Shown here in pieces: positions 20,958 through 33,769 of a DNA stretch of 64,000 nucleotides; the stretch's first letter is position 1; each line of letters opens with the position of its first letter. A program made the position numbers and the translations under genes. The stretch covers positions 282,968,001-283,032,000 of the forward strand of contig OZ024741.1 in assembly GCA_964016885.1 (NCBI GenBank). Reading direction: 5' to 3'. The notes beneath the pieces are model-generated. The model saw only the letters and a list, made by a program, of their open reading frames with translations. It searched no databases and had not been told where the DNA came from. This DNA comes from Eledone cirrhosa. Lineage: Eukaryota.

Positions 20958-23900
20958 CGGCGGATAGTGCGCTCTGCGAAACAACATCTAACCGCCACTT
21001 TTTCATTGAGGACCTGCTGTCAGGTAGAGCTTTTCTGGTTGACACAGGTGCAGCTTGTTTCGTATGGCCTGTGTATTGTATGAAGGAGACTCCCCCTGAG
21101 ACGCCTATTGAGTTGCAGGCAGTAAATTGTTCGCCGATTCGAACTTTCGGACAAATCTCGTTACCTTTGCAGTTTCGTAATCTGCGGCGCGAGTTTAAAT
21201 GGATATTTACTGTCGCTGCCTTGCCGTATCCGATTCTAGGCGCGGATTTTCTCCACCATTTTTCATTGATGGTGGACCTTCGTGGTAAACGCCTAATTGA
21301 TGGCATCACGGGATTAACTGTTGTTGGCAAGGCAGCAGGAGTTCCAACGGTTAGCCCGACATTTTTTCTTGCTAACACCGGTGATCCTTTCCATGCGTTG
21401 TTGAACTCGTTCCCACAACTGACTCGGGGAAATTTTCGATTTGATGAACCAACTCATACCACGGAGCACTTCATATCTACAACTGGTGCTCCCGTTTTCT
21501 CTCGTCCTCGTCGCTTGCCTCTGGACAAACTCAAAGCAGCACGATCAGAGTTTGCTCATATGCTGCAAATGGGGATTATTCGTCCGTCCACGAGCCCGTG
21601 GGCGTCCCCATTACACATGGTACCAAAAGCGAATGGCGATTGGAGACCTACTGGAGATTATCGACGCCTGAATTCAATAACGGTACCGGACCGTTATCCT
21701 ATCCCTCATCTGCAAGACTTTGCGTCTTCGTTGCAGGGATGCAAGATATTCTCCAAACTGGATTTAATTCGTGCGTACCATCAAATTCCTGTCCATAAAA
21801 ATGACATTCCAAAAACGGCTATAGTTACACCATTTGGGTCGTTCGAATTTTTGACTATGCCGTTCGGATTAAGGAATGCCGCTAGTACTTTTCAGCGGTT
21901 TATGGATGAGGTTACTCGCGGCCTCGATTTCGTCTATACCTATATTGACGATCTGCTCATTGCTAGTTCTCCAGAGCAGCATACGCACCATTTGAATCTT
22001 CTTTTCCGCCGATTGAAGGCGTATAACGTGCAGCTTAATGCACCCAAATGTGTTTTTGGTGCTGAGTCACTGACTTTCTTGGGTCACGTCATCGATGCTG
22101 ACGGTATTCGACCCCGGCCTGAGCGAGTTAAGGTCATAGAGGATTTGCCTCCACCGACCTCACTACGTCAGTTACGCCAGTTCTTAGGTCTGGTTAACTT
22201 TTATAGGCGTTTCGTGCCAAATTGCTTTTCTCCCTGACAGGAATTTTGAAAAATTGTCGGAGGAAGAACAAAGATATTTCTTTGACAGACACTCAACTTA
22301 CTGATTTTCAGCACGCCAAAACTGTTTTGGCTAATGCTTCGTTACTGACTCACTCGGTACCCGGTGCAAAGCTAACGCTTTGTGTTGATGCATCGGATAT
22401 CACTGTGGGCGCAGTACTACAGCAAAACATCAATGGTTACCAGCAACCGCTGGAGTTTTTTTCCAAAAAGCTAAATCCTGCTGAGACGCGCTACAGCACC
22501 TTTGGAAGAGAGCTTTTAGCCATCTATTTGGCCGTGAAACATTTTTCACATGTGCTAGAGGGTAGACAATTTACTATCCTCACTGACCATAAACCATTGA
22601 CTTTTGCTTTGAGAGTGAAGGCTGATAAATACTCGCCCAGAGAGACGAGACACCTTGATTTCATCTCGCAATATACGAGTGATATCCAGCACATTCCGGG
22701 TTCACTAAATACAGCGGCCGATGCTTTGTCCCGCTTACCCGTGACAGCGATCTCGTCATCCTCTGACATAGATCTGACTCGTTTGGCTGCGGATCAGCCT
22801 CCCCTTGAGTCATTGGATGTCACATCGCCCGAGTTTGCGAATTGCGAGATGAAATACTTGCCTCTGTCGACTGCAGTTGGCCAAATTCTCTGCGACGTCT
22901 CTTTGGATGTGCCTAGGCCCTTCGTTCCAGAGAATCATCGTCGGACCGTGTTTCTGGGATTACATTGTATCTCGCATCCAGGATCTTCTGCCACAGCAAA
23001 GCTCATATCAGCTAGATTTTTCTGGCCAAATATGAGGCGTGAAATTGCTGCTTGGTGCCGTTCCTGCGTCGCTTGCCAGAGATCAAAGGTCCATCGACAC
23101 GTCAAGGCTCCCCTGGGTACCTTTGCTAATCCAGATGCGCGTTTTTCACATATTCATATTGACATAGTGGGACCTTGGCCTGTCAGCGATGGTTTTTCTT
23201 ATCTGCTGACCGTCATTGACCATTTTTCGAGATGGCCTGAGGCCATCCCCTTGAAAAACATCACCGTGGAGACAACAGCACGTGCTCTTGTCTGGATGGA
23301 TCTCTCATTATGGAGTTCCATCCACAATAACTACCGACCGTGGACGACAGTTCGAGTCGAGCCTTTTCCTCGAGCTGTCAAAATTAATTGGTGCTAAACG
23401 CATTAGAACTACGGCATACCATCCCGCTTCGAATGGTATGGTGGAGCGTTTTCACCGCCAACTGAAGGCCTCCTTAATAGCCTCAATGGACTCGGCGCAT
23501 TGGAGCGAGTACCTCCCTATTGTGCTACTAGGGATTCGGTCAACTTTGGATTTTCACCGGCCGAAGTACTGTACGGTGCCCCTCTGACGTTGCCCGGGCA
23601 AATGCTTGCCCCTATCGATCTTGATGCCCAAGATCACGCTTCCTACGTGTCCCGTTTGCGCTCCTATTTCCAGGATTTGCCGCCAATGGACACTAGGAAA
23701 CAAACTGTCAAGACTGCTGTCCCGAGGGATATTGCCTCGTGGACGCATGTCTTTGTAAGGAATGATACGGTGAAGCCCCGCTCACACAGCCTTACCGTGT
23801 CTTAGTGCGCTCGGCTAAGCATTTCACGTTAGATATTAAAGGGTCCAGGGAGATAGTTACAATAGACAGGCTTAAGCAGGCGCACCTTGATACGGACGCT

Positions 23901-24070
23901 GTGGTTCCTGATCCACGAACCCCTTCGTATTTGCCTGTTGAGCGAACGCCTGTTCCTGAACCACTATCATCGCCTGTCCCTACACCACCACCATCGCCAC
24001 GTTACAAGACCACGACCCGTTCAGGTCGTAGGGTCCACTGGCCCCAAAAAATTTTGCAGCACCGTCTATA
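20933..24070 (+). pseudogene. Gypsy Pol (PR-RT-RNase H-integrase), several frameshifts
   Basis: [70 protein letters not shown] spread over five ORFs. Confidence 0.93.
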
Positions 24071-24639
24071 TTTAGACAATGTTAGCTGCACCTTTTTTTT
24101 GCCTCTGTGTTTCTGCTTTTTCTTTGCCTTGTTTTTTTTATGCATGCATGTCGGTTTTTTTTTAACATTTTTCAAATCCTTATTCTGGATTCAATTTTTG
24201 CTAGAGCGGATAGCTCCCCCTTGTTGCATTGTTCGCCATCTTACTCCACATGTGAGTAATGACATCGATTTTCGATAATTTGAAAATCTGGCTCGAGGTA
24301 CTGTAGTAAGACGTCTCACGCTCCTTGATAGAACAACGCCGGTTGAGAACGCCAGAAAGAAAAGACAGACAGCCACTGAAAAGCCGACTGATCACACGCC
24401 AGAAACCAGCCTCTGTACAACACCATTGTTTGTGCTACATCAAAAAATAAACGTGTATTTCTGCTGTTGAAATAATTATTATGTCACTCGTATCTCGATA
24501 ACATCTACAACTAATACTGCTAAAAGACGATTAAAAGAGAAAACTACTGTATTGGATGTGTTGTCTGGTTTACAGTATAAGGTGAGATTGTAATGTGTGA
24601 GAGAGAGACATAAAAAAAAAACAATCATAAAACTTCCTT

Positions 24640-25901
24640 ATTAGGCTGGGGGAGTAAACTGCCGATTAAATGGTAGTTTTGGCCTTAGATTTTAAATGTT
24701 GTGAAATAACCATAGTCAGTATGATCTTTTTGAGCTCCAAAGGATGTCATCTGAAATGCAGCAATATACCGCATAACATTGCTTCTGAAGCGTTTTTAGC
24801 TTCGTTAGTATGGTCTGTAAGCAGTATATGGATAAAAGCTGGAGGGTCCTCTATCAGTGTAAGTCCGACCTTTTCTCCTAAGCAACACATGCCAAGTGAA
24901 ATATCCATGCTACCAATCGCGACTTTAGGATAATTTCTATAATTCTTCAATGGATCATAGGAAAATGCAGCACTGAGCCAGTTTATTCTACCTTAAAGAG
25001 TCGTTTGTGCTTGTCGAGTTTGCATCGCAACTGTAATTGCCTCTTGGTGAGTTTCATATTCAACCTCTGTTTATTGCAATAGTCTTTCTTCCTATCTCAG
25101 GTTCTGTACACTTTCAGAAAGTTGCGATTATCTTTCTTGTTGTCTTAACCTTTCTGTTTCCTGTCTCATACTCTGAATTAGGTCAATAATAACATGACAC
25201 TATCCTGAAAAGGCTAAATTAATATACACCATAGATTAATTTCAAATAGTATAAATTTTTTCTGTGTTCTGCAAAATCAAAGACTGGTGTAAAACAACTT
25301 TATAAAAGTTAACGCAATATTGTTAAACATTCACCTGATACTTTCAACTATAGTTTCAGCTGATTCTAGACTTTTGTGGGATGTCACTCTCTTTTTCTCT
25401 CTAAATATCTAACACTTTAATAGTATTTCTCTCTGTATAATGGCCTATCGCTCTCTCTCTCTCTCTCTTTAGATGTGTGTGAGTGTTCATTATGTCAGTG
25501 TCACAGAAATGTAAATACTCACATACACATATACTTGTCAGTCATCAGATATGTAGATGTGTGTGTTTAATTTTCTGTGTACCTGATTAAATATTTATGT
25601 GAAAATAATGTGTGTGCAACTTACTAAGGCCTAATGTACGTAACAAATGCGCAAACGCACACTCACAGGCACATACACTCATATACAAAATGTGACGCCG
25701 TTGTGTTATAAATTGTTGTTTACTTATAGTTAATTATAGAAAGATTATTTTGGACAAAATTTTATATTGTTTTAATCCAAATGAAAATAAAAAATACATT
25801 GTTAATCCCGGGGTCTAATACTATAACCTTATAAAATTTGATTTGATAATGCATAAAGAAAAGACAGATAGAGAGAAAATTTTTTTTTATACATATATAG
25901 A
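24640..25901 (-). mobile_element. Helitron 5' portion with decayed RepHel N-terminal region
   Basis: MCC.GEKVGL...DPP...LL, AFQMTSFGAQK, YHLIGSLLP motifs; A|TCTATATATG 5' terminus at 25901. 3' end not found. Confidence 0.75.
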
Positions 25902-25923
25902 TATCTTAGAAATAAATGATTAA

Positions 25924-26118
25924 CCCTTTAGCATTTAAACCGGCTATATCCAGCCAGAATTTTCTCACTTCTTTCTGTTCAAACCAGCTACTCATAATCA
26001 TGTTACGGTATTGTTCTCAAAATCTTATAGATTAGATATTATGTGAGATATTACGTGAGGTAAAGCCTTTATTATGAAAATATAATAGTATATATAGAGT
26101 AATGTAAATGCTAAAGGA
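25924..26118. mobile_element. piggyBac-type MITE
   Basis: TTAA on both sides; TIR CCCTTTAGCATTTA / TAAATGCTAAAGGA; related piece near 42677-42795. Confidence 0.75.
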
Positions 26119-27142
26119 TTAAAATATCATTTCTCTTTAATTACTTTCATTTACAAATAGTTTCCAGAGTGATTCCAACTGAATATTGAAATAAAAACTT
26201 CACAAAAACCTCACGGCAGAAAGGTTTTTTGTAAAAGAGAGGTAGTAGACAATATTGTCATAATTTATTATTAGGTCCTTAATCTTCTTGGCGCTATGGG
26301 CGACAGAGTAATCTCCCCTTAATACAGTGTTAAGGGAAGCAATTCATAAAAATAATTCAACCTCCTAAATGTTAAGTATGAAATGTCTGATTTCCTTGTG
26401 CAGTTTCAATTTGAAATTGGATATTTCATATTTAATGACCTGATAGTAAATATTAGCAAGCCACATATATCCTGGATTAAACCCTATCCTAGCATGATGT
26501 AAGAGATGACTAAACGGATTGGTGTAATGAAAAGTGTCTGGCTAAAAAACATTGTCCCAAAACAACGTCTCCAACCCATGCCAACATGGAAAAGTGGATG
26601 TAAAAATGATGTTATCATACAGAGATGAGTCAAGTAAATTTGTTCAGTATGACAACATCAAGTTAACTGGAAATACTAACAGGTTAAAAAAATAAGCAAT
26701 TATCGTTATTATTTAACATCAGTTTTCCATGCTAACAAGGGTTGGACAGGTTTCACAGTACTCAAGCAGAGCTACTGATCTCTCAGATGGGCTGGGGGGT
26801 CAACATCTGGCTTACATACGTTCCCATACTTTAATGAGTGATTAGATAGGATGGGGAAGGGAGTCTGCATATCACTAACATACATTTCCACACTCAACTG
26901 AGTGCATTTTGTTGTAGGACCAGCATTAGTAAAGTTGTCATGTCTTTGAAAAGTTTTCCTCACTCTTTGTTTAGCAGTTTTACTATAGCTGGATGCCCTT
27001 CCTATTATCAACCACAAACCCCAACAAAATTTTGTGATTAAAAAAATAATGCTGAATTTTATGTTGTCATCGCAATTGTAAGTGTTGAAATTATGCATGC
27101 TGTTAGTATTTTTCCAAGAACAAACTAGAAATGTGTTTTACA

Positions 27143-27739
27143 TGACATATATCATCACTAACATTTTAGGCCTGTTTTTCCATGCTTGAATGGTTGGACA
27201 TGTCTTCGCCAGCAGAGCATCCTTCGTTGTCATCTCATCTGTGAGCTTCAGTAATTTAGCATCAGCTCTCACCATCTCTGTCCAGGTCTTTCTTGGTCTT
27301 CCTCCACTGCAGCTTCTTTTCACTGAGATTTCTTGGCCCCAATTCACTTAACAATCATCAACTATATGAATCACATTCATACCAGTGCAGCTTTCTCTCC
27401 TGTGACGCCTCCTGTGATTCCTCTTATACCTAGGTTTTCTCTCAGCTCAGATATAGTGTCACAGGAGAGAAAGCTGCACTGGTATGAATGTGATTCATAT
27501 AGTTGATGATTGTTAAGTGAACTGGTGCCAAGAAATCTCAGTGAAAAGAAGTTGCAGTGGAGGAAGACCAAGAAAGACCTGGACAGAGATGGTGAGAGTT
27601 GATGCTAAATTACTGAAGCTCACAGATGAGATGACAACGAAGGACTGCAGTGAGTGGAAGGACGCTCTGCTGGCGAAGACATGTCCAACCATTCAAGCAT
27701 GGAAAAACAGGCCTAAAATGTTAGTGATGATATATGTCA
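27143..27739. repeat. Long inverted repeat (foldback) made of an RTE 3' fragment
   Basis: Arms 27143-27406 and 27458-27739, 51-nt spacer, about 5 substitutions and one short indel. Confidence 0.95.
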
Positions 27740-28061
27740 GCTATATCAGTAATTGGGGCACATAATTGTTTGCTTTAATGCTTTAATCCAGCAGAAATTT
27801 CATGTAATTTCATGTTAACTAACACAAACCCTTTAATCAGTACCATATTAACAACTACTGATCCTTTAACCCATATTATTAACTAAGCTAGCTGTGATGC
27901 TACATTCTGATTATTTTACTGACTTCTTAATAGAATAAAACAATGAAGATTTTTTGCAGAGCTGTCACATATTCCAGTAGATATCAAAGCACCATGTCTA
28001 ATACCAAGGAAATTAATATTCCAGGGACACTGAACTAGCATTTTAGCATAGATGGAGAAAC

Positions 28062-28226
28062 TCTGAGCTGAACTTCTGAAGTTCTAGCACAAATAGAGAA
28101 ACACTGAGCCGAATTTCTAGCACAAATAGAGAAATACTGAGCTGAAGTTCTAGCACAAATAGAGGAACACAGAGCTGATGTTCTAGCACAAATAGACAAA
28201 CACTGGGCTGAAGTTCTAGCACAAAT
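28062..28226. repeat. Minisatellite, about 33-bp unit, about 5 copies
   Basis: Unit CTGAGCTGAAGTTCTAGCACAAATAGAGAAACA repeated with small variations. Confidence 0.9.
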
Positions 28227-28474
28227 TGTGGAGAAAGAATCAAGCTGTTTTAATGATCATATGATTCTGAGCAGCTCATATCCTGATGGAACTGACCAAT
28301 TTTCATCTCAATGGTATTGCTAAATTAAACATCAAAACTGGATCATAATAAATGTTATCGCTTTCCTTTCAAATGGGAAAATATACTTACTCCATATACA
28401 AAGTGAAATAGAAAGAATACTAAGTTTAATGAAAACAAGCCTTTGTAAAAGCACAACTAAGAAACAACACTTAC

Positions 28475-28615
28475 ACTTTTGTTACTTACTGACTTGAGCT
28501 CATCTTCATCTATAACACAAACATTGAATTCTGGAAATGAACTTTTAAAATGCTTGTATATTTCTTCATCAATTGTTGACAGATGGAGGAAAGCAGGTTC
28601 CAAGGAAGATATAAG
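28475..28615 (-). CDS. PBDC1: PBDC1 coding exon
   Basis: gtttacag / gtaagt; 141 nt; LISSLEPAFLHLSTIDEEIYKHFKSSFPEFNVCVIDEDELKSVSNKS aligns without gaps to human LISSVDPQFLKLTKVDDQIY...ELKSESAKE. Confidence 0.95.
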
Positions 28616-29846
28616 CTGTAAACAAACAAAAATGTAAATTTGACTTTAAGAACAGTGGAAAGTGATCATTTTTATTAATCAACTTTTCCTAGTTAATGAG
28701 AAGCATGGTAAAATCAAGTTGGTGATGTCTTCATCTTGTAGTCACAGAGATCAAATCAGTAATGTAGAAACCTGAATTCAAATCCAGCTAAGGTCAACTT
28801 TGCCTTTCATCCTAACAGGGTTGATAAACTTTGCTGGCCATGTACCTAAATTAAAAATCAATATGGGTCAAATTTGAACATTGTAGGTCATCAACTGAAT
28901 AGAGCCGAAAATATTTATGGTGCAAGATGAGGATACCAAGACTTTGAAATATAGATCTGACATTGTTAGGGGATGGAGAACATCACAAAGACTCAGAGAT
29001 TGTGAAAGCTAACATTTGTAGTAACTCTCTTCATGTGTTATTCGTGATCAGAGAGCATGTTTGTAAGACTGTTTCCCTGCTATATTGTGTGATAGAAGGA
29101 GAATAGGCTGCCAATAACCCCAAAACCTCCATTGGAGAAGGTTATCAAGGACTCTGTTCATTGAAGAAGTGCAAAAGTCTGGCATGAAGACAATGCCTAA
29201 GCACAGAAGATTGTAAGTATATGAACCTGTAATTCCTGGTAGAGTTGTAGGGACACTATAGTGATATACAACATATCTTGGGCATTTTTAACCTGGCTGA
29301 GCCCATCCCTCTCCTGGTCTGAAACAGCTGATCTCTTCTAAAGAAGGAGAGAGACTGTGAGAGAGACAGGAAGTGATAAAAGGATATAGAAGAAGAATTA
29401 ATCCCAGTACTGGATATACCAAACAGTAAAATACATCAAACTTGTGCAGATGATATTTATAGTTATTTGTTATATGTCCAAAAAGGCAAGGAGCTGATCA
29501 TTAGATTGAAACAAGGAAACAATGTTTCCAAAGGTTTTCCATTTCTGATACTATCTGCTTGGTCACAACACTTGGCAGAAGGAGGTGGAATTTGAACACA
29601 GAATGCAGAGAGCCAGATCAGATATACAACACAGAATCCTATTGGACTCTTTAACAATTCCCCCAATCCACCATCCTTAGACTGGTACTTTATTTATCAA
29701 TGCAGAAAATATTAAAGGCAAAGTAGACCTTGGAGGAATTTGAACTCTGAACACAAAGGTCTGGAAGAAATATAAATGCTTTAATGACTACATTATTCAC
29801 GACCATGTTAAATAATATGTCAAATCAACAACTAAATATTACTTAC

Positions 29847-29906
29847 ACTGAAATGGATATCTGCATTATCGTGACATTTTATGGCCCAATGATATTCTAT
29901 ATCTTT
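29847..29906 (-). CDS. PBDC1: PBDC1 coding exon
   Basis: atttccag / gtaagt; 60 nt; KDIEYHWAIKCHDNADIHFS versus human PDIEMAWAMRAMQHAEVYYK. Confidence 0.92.
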
Positions 29907-31290
29907 CTGGAAATAAATAAAATTTGTTGTGTCAATATTACAATGTATTATCTATAATTTTCAATTTAAAACTTTATATCCATGTCTTTGAACTCCATGG
30001 CTTTGTCCTCATGTTTAAACCAGTTCCTAGGGAAGACGAAGCACTGGCAAAGTCTTGACGTCATCAGAAGCTTTTTTAATAGCTTGCTTTACAACAAGAG
30101 TCACTAGTTGTATTGCTTTACAAACTGATACTATCTGCCTGTTACCAGTATTAGCAAAAGGAGGTGGGATTTGAAGTCAGAACACAAAGCCAAATCAGAC
30201 TGCAAAGCATCCCATCCAACTTTCTAACTCTTTATCTATTTTGTTAATTCACTGCACCTTGACTTGTACTTTGTCTATCAACCCCAAAAAGATGAAAGAT
30301 AAAGTTGATGAGAGTGGGATTTAAACTCAGATTGCAGTAAGCTAGAACAAGTAGCAAGTCATCTAAATAATTCAATGGCCTGACAAATCTGCCAATTTGA
30401 TGCTAAATATTTCAGCTGATTGGAAAGGAGTGCATATTTGTATTAATTGTTAGAGAAAATGTTTTATAGCTAGCTGATCTAACAAATTTAGTGTAATACT
30501 AATTTTTTGTGTGAAGGCATGTGCTGGCCTTAGTGGCTATGATACTGAAATCACAATCAAAAGGTCACAAGTTTGATTCCTTGATCAGTTGGTGTGTTGT
30601 ATTCTTGAGCAAGATGTTTTATTTCAGATTACTTTAGTCATCATCATCATCATCATGTCAACTAATATAATTATGTTTCAATGACACTGGTTGCATACTG
30701 TATTGGCTTTTGTGTCGTGGAGAGGGGAAATTTACATTCATGGGCAATTGCTGGTCTTTCACAAAACATCCTGGTCAGTTAGTTATAACTGACCATAACT
30801 CATGGTTAATCACGGCTGAAGGAGCAGGGAAGACTTTTCTTTTTATTTTCTATTTGATCAAGTGAAGCAAGAAGAGTAATGTATTTTGACCAAGACTATG
30901 TCAGGATTTGATCCTGGTCAACTACAACAGCCCACTGTTATAAATTAACTTTAGTATGCTATCTTATCAAGCATACAGTTTCAGGTTACATGACAGACCA
31001 TATTTGTAACATGCTTATTCATAGATAAAAATCTCAGAAATGATTTAAATTAAAACATTTCAAGCATTATAAGTACTGCTTTGTATTCTTTATGAAGAAA
31101 CATAATCTACCTCTTTCTCATTATTAAGCTGGTGTGTGGTTCTTCCATAAAATTCCAACAAAGGTTCTTCCATAAAATTACGATGGAAGATTTTAGATAA
31201 ATATAAACACTTTAATCTTTTCATTTACCATATTTCTAACTAAAGATATTGCCTATGATTTTCAAATAATTTTAAAGGGATTCAGTAATA

Positions 31291-31603
31291 CAGTGGGACT
31301 TCGGTTCACGAGCTTAATTTCTTCCTGAAGGTCGTTTGTCACCGGAAATGTTTGTAAACCGGAACTATTTTTTCCTTACAAAATGTTGAGAGAGAGACTG
31401 TGTGTGAAAGACAGATAGATATCACCATAATAACTAACTACACAGCAAGTGATACTTTCCCACCAATACTCCAAGCTTGTTGCTGGCTTGTGTGTTCATT
31501 ACTTAAGACACCGTTCGTCAACTGAGGCGTTTTGTGTTTGGAAAAGTTGTTTGTAAACTGATTGGTTCATGATGAGAGGTGTTTGTGAACCGAGGTTCCA
31601 CTG
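31291..31603. mobile_element. Tc1/mariner-pogo type MITE, second copy
   Basis: TA-CAGTGGGACTTCGGTTCAC ... GTGAACCGAGGTTCCACTG-TA. Confidence 0.85.
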
Positions 31604-31836
31604 TATAACTAACCAGTGCAATAATATCCAAGAGTGTTATTGGTAGTGGTAATCAATAATGTTCCCTCACTCCAGTCTTACAATTTTGGGACATTATTTA
31701 AGCATTTCTATATTTCGGAAATTTTAAGAAATTAGTAACATAAGTGATGCTAATCACTCTGCATTAGGAAGAATTAGTAAATATATAAACAAATAGAATT
31801 TATAAAGATTTTTTTAGAAACTGAAATATTACTTAC

Positions 31837-31869
31837 TGAGTTACCATAATTATCAGCATCTTGATGTGC
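31837..31869 (-). CDS. PBDC1: PBDC1 33-nt coding exon
   Basis: ttttttttccag / gtaagt; AHQDADNYGNS versus human LSLPAESYGND; phase 0/0. Confidence 0.8.
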
Positions 31870-32187
31870 CTGGAAAAAAAATCATTTATATTATCATCAT
31901 CATATATTGTGTTGTTTGGGATCACCCCCCTACCCCTCAGACGTTTTCCCGGCAGCTTGGAGGCAATCCATAATACTACAAATGACGCCTTAGTCTGGCT
32001 CACTAATCTTGATCTAACAATTGTGCATATGTCATACGACAAGAAAATCATCATCATCCTTTTTACATCAACTTTTCCAGGCTAACATGGCAAAGTTCAT
32101 CTTCCTAGCTAACAAGGGTTGTATATAACTTTACAAACCATGTCTGTACTCAAGAGGAGCCACAGACCTCTCATATATATATATATA

Positions 32188-33042
32188 TGAAGGTGCTTTT
32201 GATATCTAGCAATATACAGTATATTTATGAATAAACATTTTGAAAGCCTTCAGCTATGAATTTGGAAATTGATGGTGTAGCGCCATCTAGCAGATTTTAG
32301 CAGAAGCTAAGGGTGGGTAACTGATGACAATGATGTCATCGTTTCTGACTCTGGTTGTTATCAACCCAGTGCTCTCAGCTGGAACTCAGTATAGGCAAAA
32401 ACATAGTTTAGACACCTATGTACATGGGCTGATTAGCCTCATTTGCATATAGAGCTGTCGTCCGGAAAATAAAACTAAGGTGCTAGCTCTAACATAGCTG
32501 TGTATATGAAGTATGTTATTGTATATTTAATGATATACATTTTGAAAGCCTTCAGTTATAAATTTGGAAACTGATGGCGTGGCACCATCTAGCAGATTCC
32601 AGAAGAAGCTAGAGTGAGTAACTGACGGAAATTCATAGCTGAAGGCTTTCAAAATGTTTATTCATAAACATAACGTATATCATTAGATATACAATAACAC
32701 ATACTTCATATACAGATATATTAGAACTATCATCTTAATTTTATTTTCCAGCCAAGCCAACCGACAGCTCTATATGCAAATGAGGCTAATCAGCCCATGT
32801 ACATAAGTGTCCCAACTATGTTTTCACCTTTACTGAGTTCCAGCTGAGAGCACTGGGTTGATGACAACCAGAGTCAGAAACGATGACATTATTGTCATCA
32901 GTTACCCACCCTAAGCTTCTGCTGGAATCTGCTAGATGGCGCTACGCCATCAGTTTCCAAATTCATAGCTGAAAGCTTTCAAAATGTTTATTCATAAACA
33001 TACTGTATATTGCTAGACATGCAAAAACACATACTTCATATA
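32188..33042. repeat. About 850-bp palindromic foldback element built from a roughly 310-bp unit, flanked by (TA)n
   Basis: 32190-32560 is the reverse complement of 32630-33040; each arm restarts the unit (TTTTGAAAGCCTTCAG twice per arm). Confidence 0.9.
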
Positions 33043-33769
33043 CATACATATATATATATATATAATTTATGCAAAAAAGTTGGGGGTATATAAGCTAGAC
33101 TGACTAAAATATGTCAGTTTTACTCATATAGTTTCCCAACCATGTTATCTGGAATCGAATAGTTTTAAAGGTAACTAACCAAAAATACCAACCATGCAGT
33201 TGATCCTCTTCTTTCACTAATATATATGTATTTATATGAGAGGCCAGCTAAAGAGGAAGCAACTATGTGGTAACTCAATTTGTAAGAAACTCTAGGCAAA
33301 TTATATAAATATCTATATATATAAAGCTGGGCTTTATAGGGTTTACCACAAAGATTGCTGAAACATAACATTGAGATATCATATGTTATATGTGTGTTAG
33401 TTACCTTTAGTGTATGTTGCTCTATAGTAGTAAGTTCTAGTGTGGTTCCAAGAGAATGCTATATTATGCATTTGTATTAACTAAGAGTTGGTCACTGTAG
33501 AAGAGGATGCTTCGACTTGCTAGAAATAGCATTAAGAAAAATGTAGTGATAATTGTTGGAATACTTTTCATTTTAGGTCTGAAGTTTGCCGGACTAGAGT
33601 TGATCTGGGTAAAACAATCGTAGTGGTGTTACTAGAATGTTAATGTGGGATATAAAATATATACAATTTATATGAAGAACAATTAGAGAAAAATTGGAAA
33701 TTTGTTCAGGATAACAAACTAGAAGCCATGTACCAGATCTGTGATTGGAGCAAAGTCCCAACAAAACAG

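Larger units (their letters stand above)
19059..24524 (+). mobile_element. Full-length Gypsy/Ty3 LTR retrotransposon in a PBDC1 intron, antisense to the gene
   Basis: LTRs 19059-19293 and 24302-24524 (5 substitutions and one 12-bp indel by eye); TSD AGAC (or AAGAC); gag, PR, RT, RH, IN order. Confidence 0.96.

Noticed and set aside
28062-28226. CRISPR-like array or repeat protein ORF (28043-28243)
   Set aside because: Units are contiguous with no unique spacers, the context is a eukaryotic intron, and the ORF is a by-product of the 33-bp period.
33115-33220. Minus-strand hammerhead remnant (GAAACT-atatg-AGTA)
   Set aside because: The CUGANGA half is not recognisable; at best a dead relic.
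33405-33458. Candidate upstream PBDC1 exon (HSLGTT...TLK, phase 0)
   Set aside because: No polypyrimidine tract, no homology, and its donor GTAACTAAC also occurs inverted near 33170, suggesting repeat origin.
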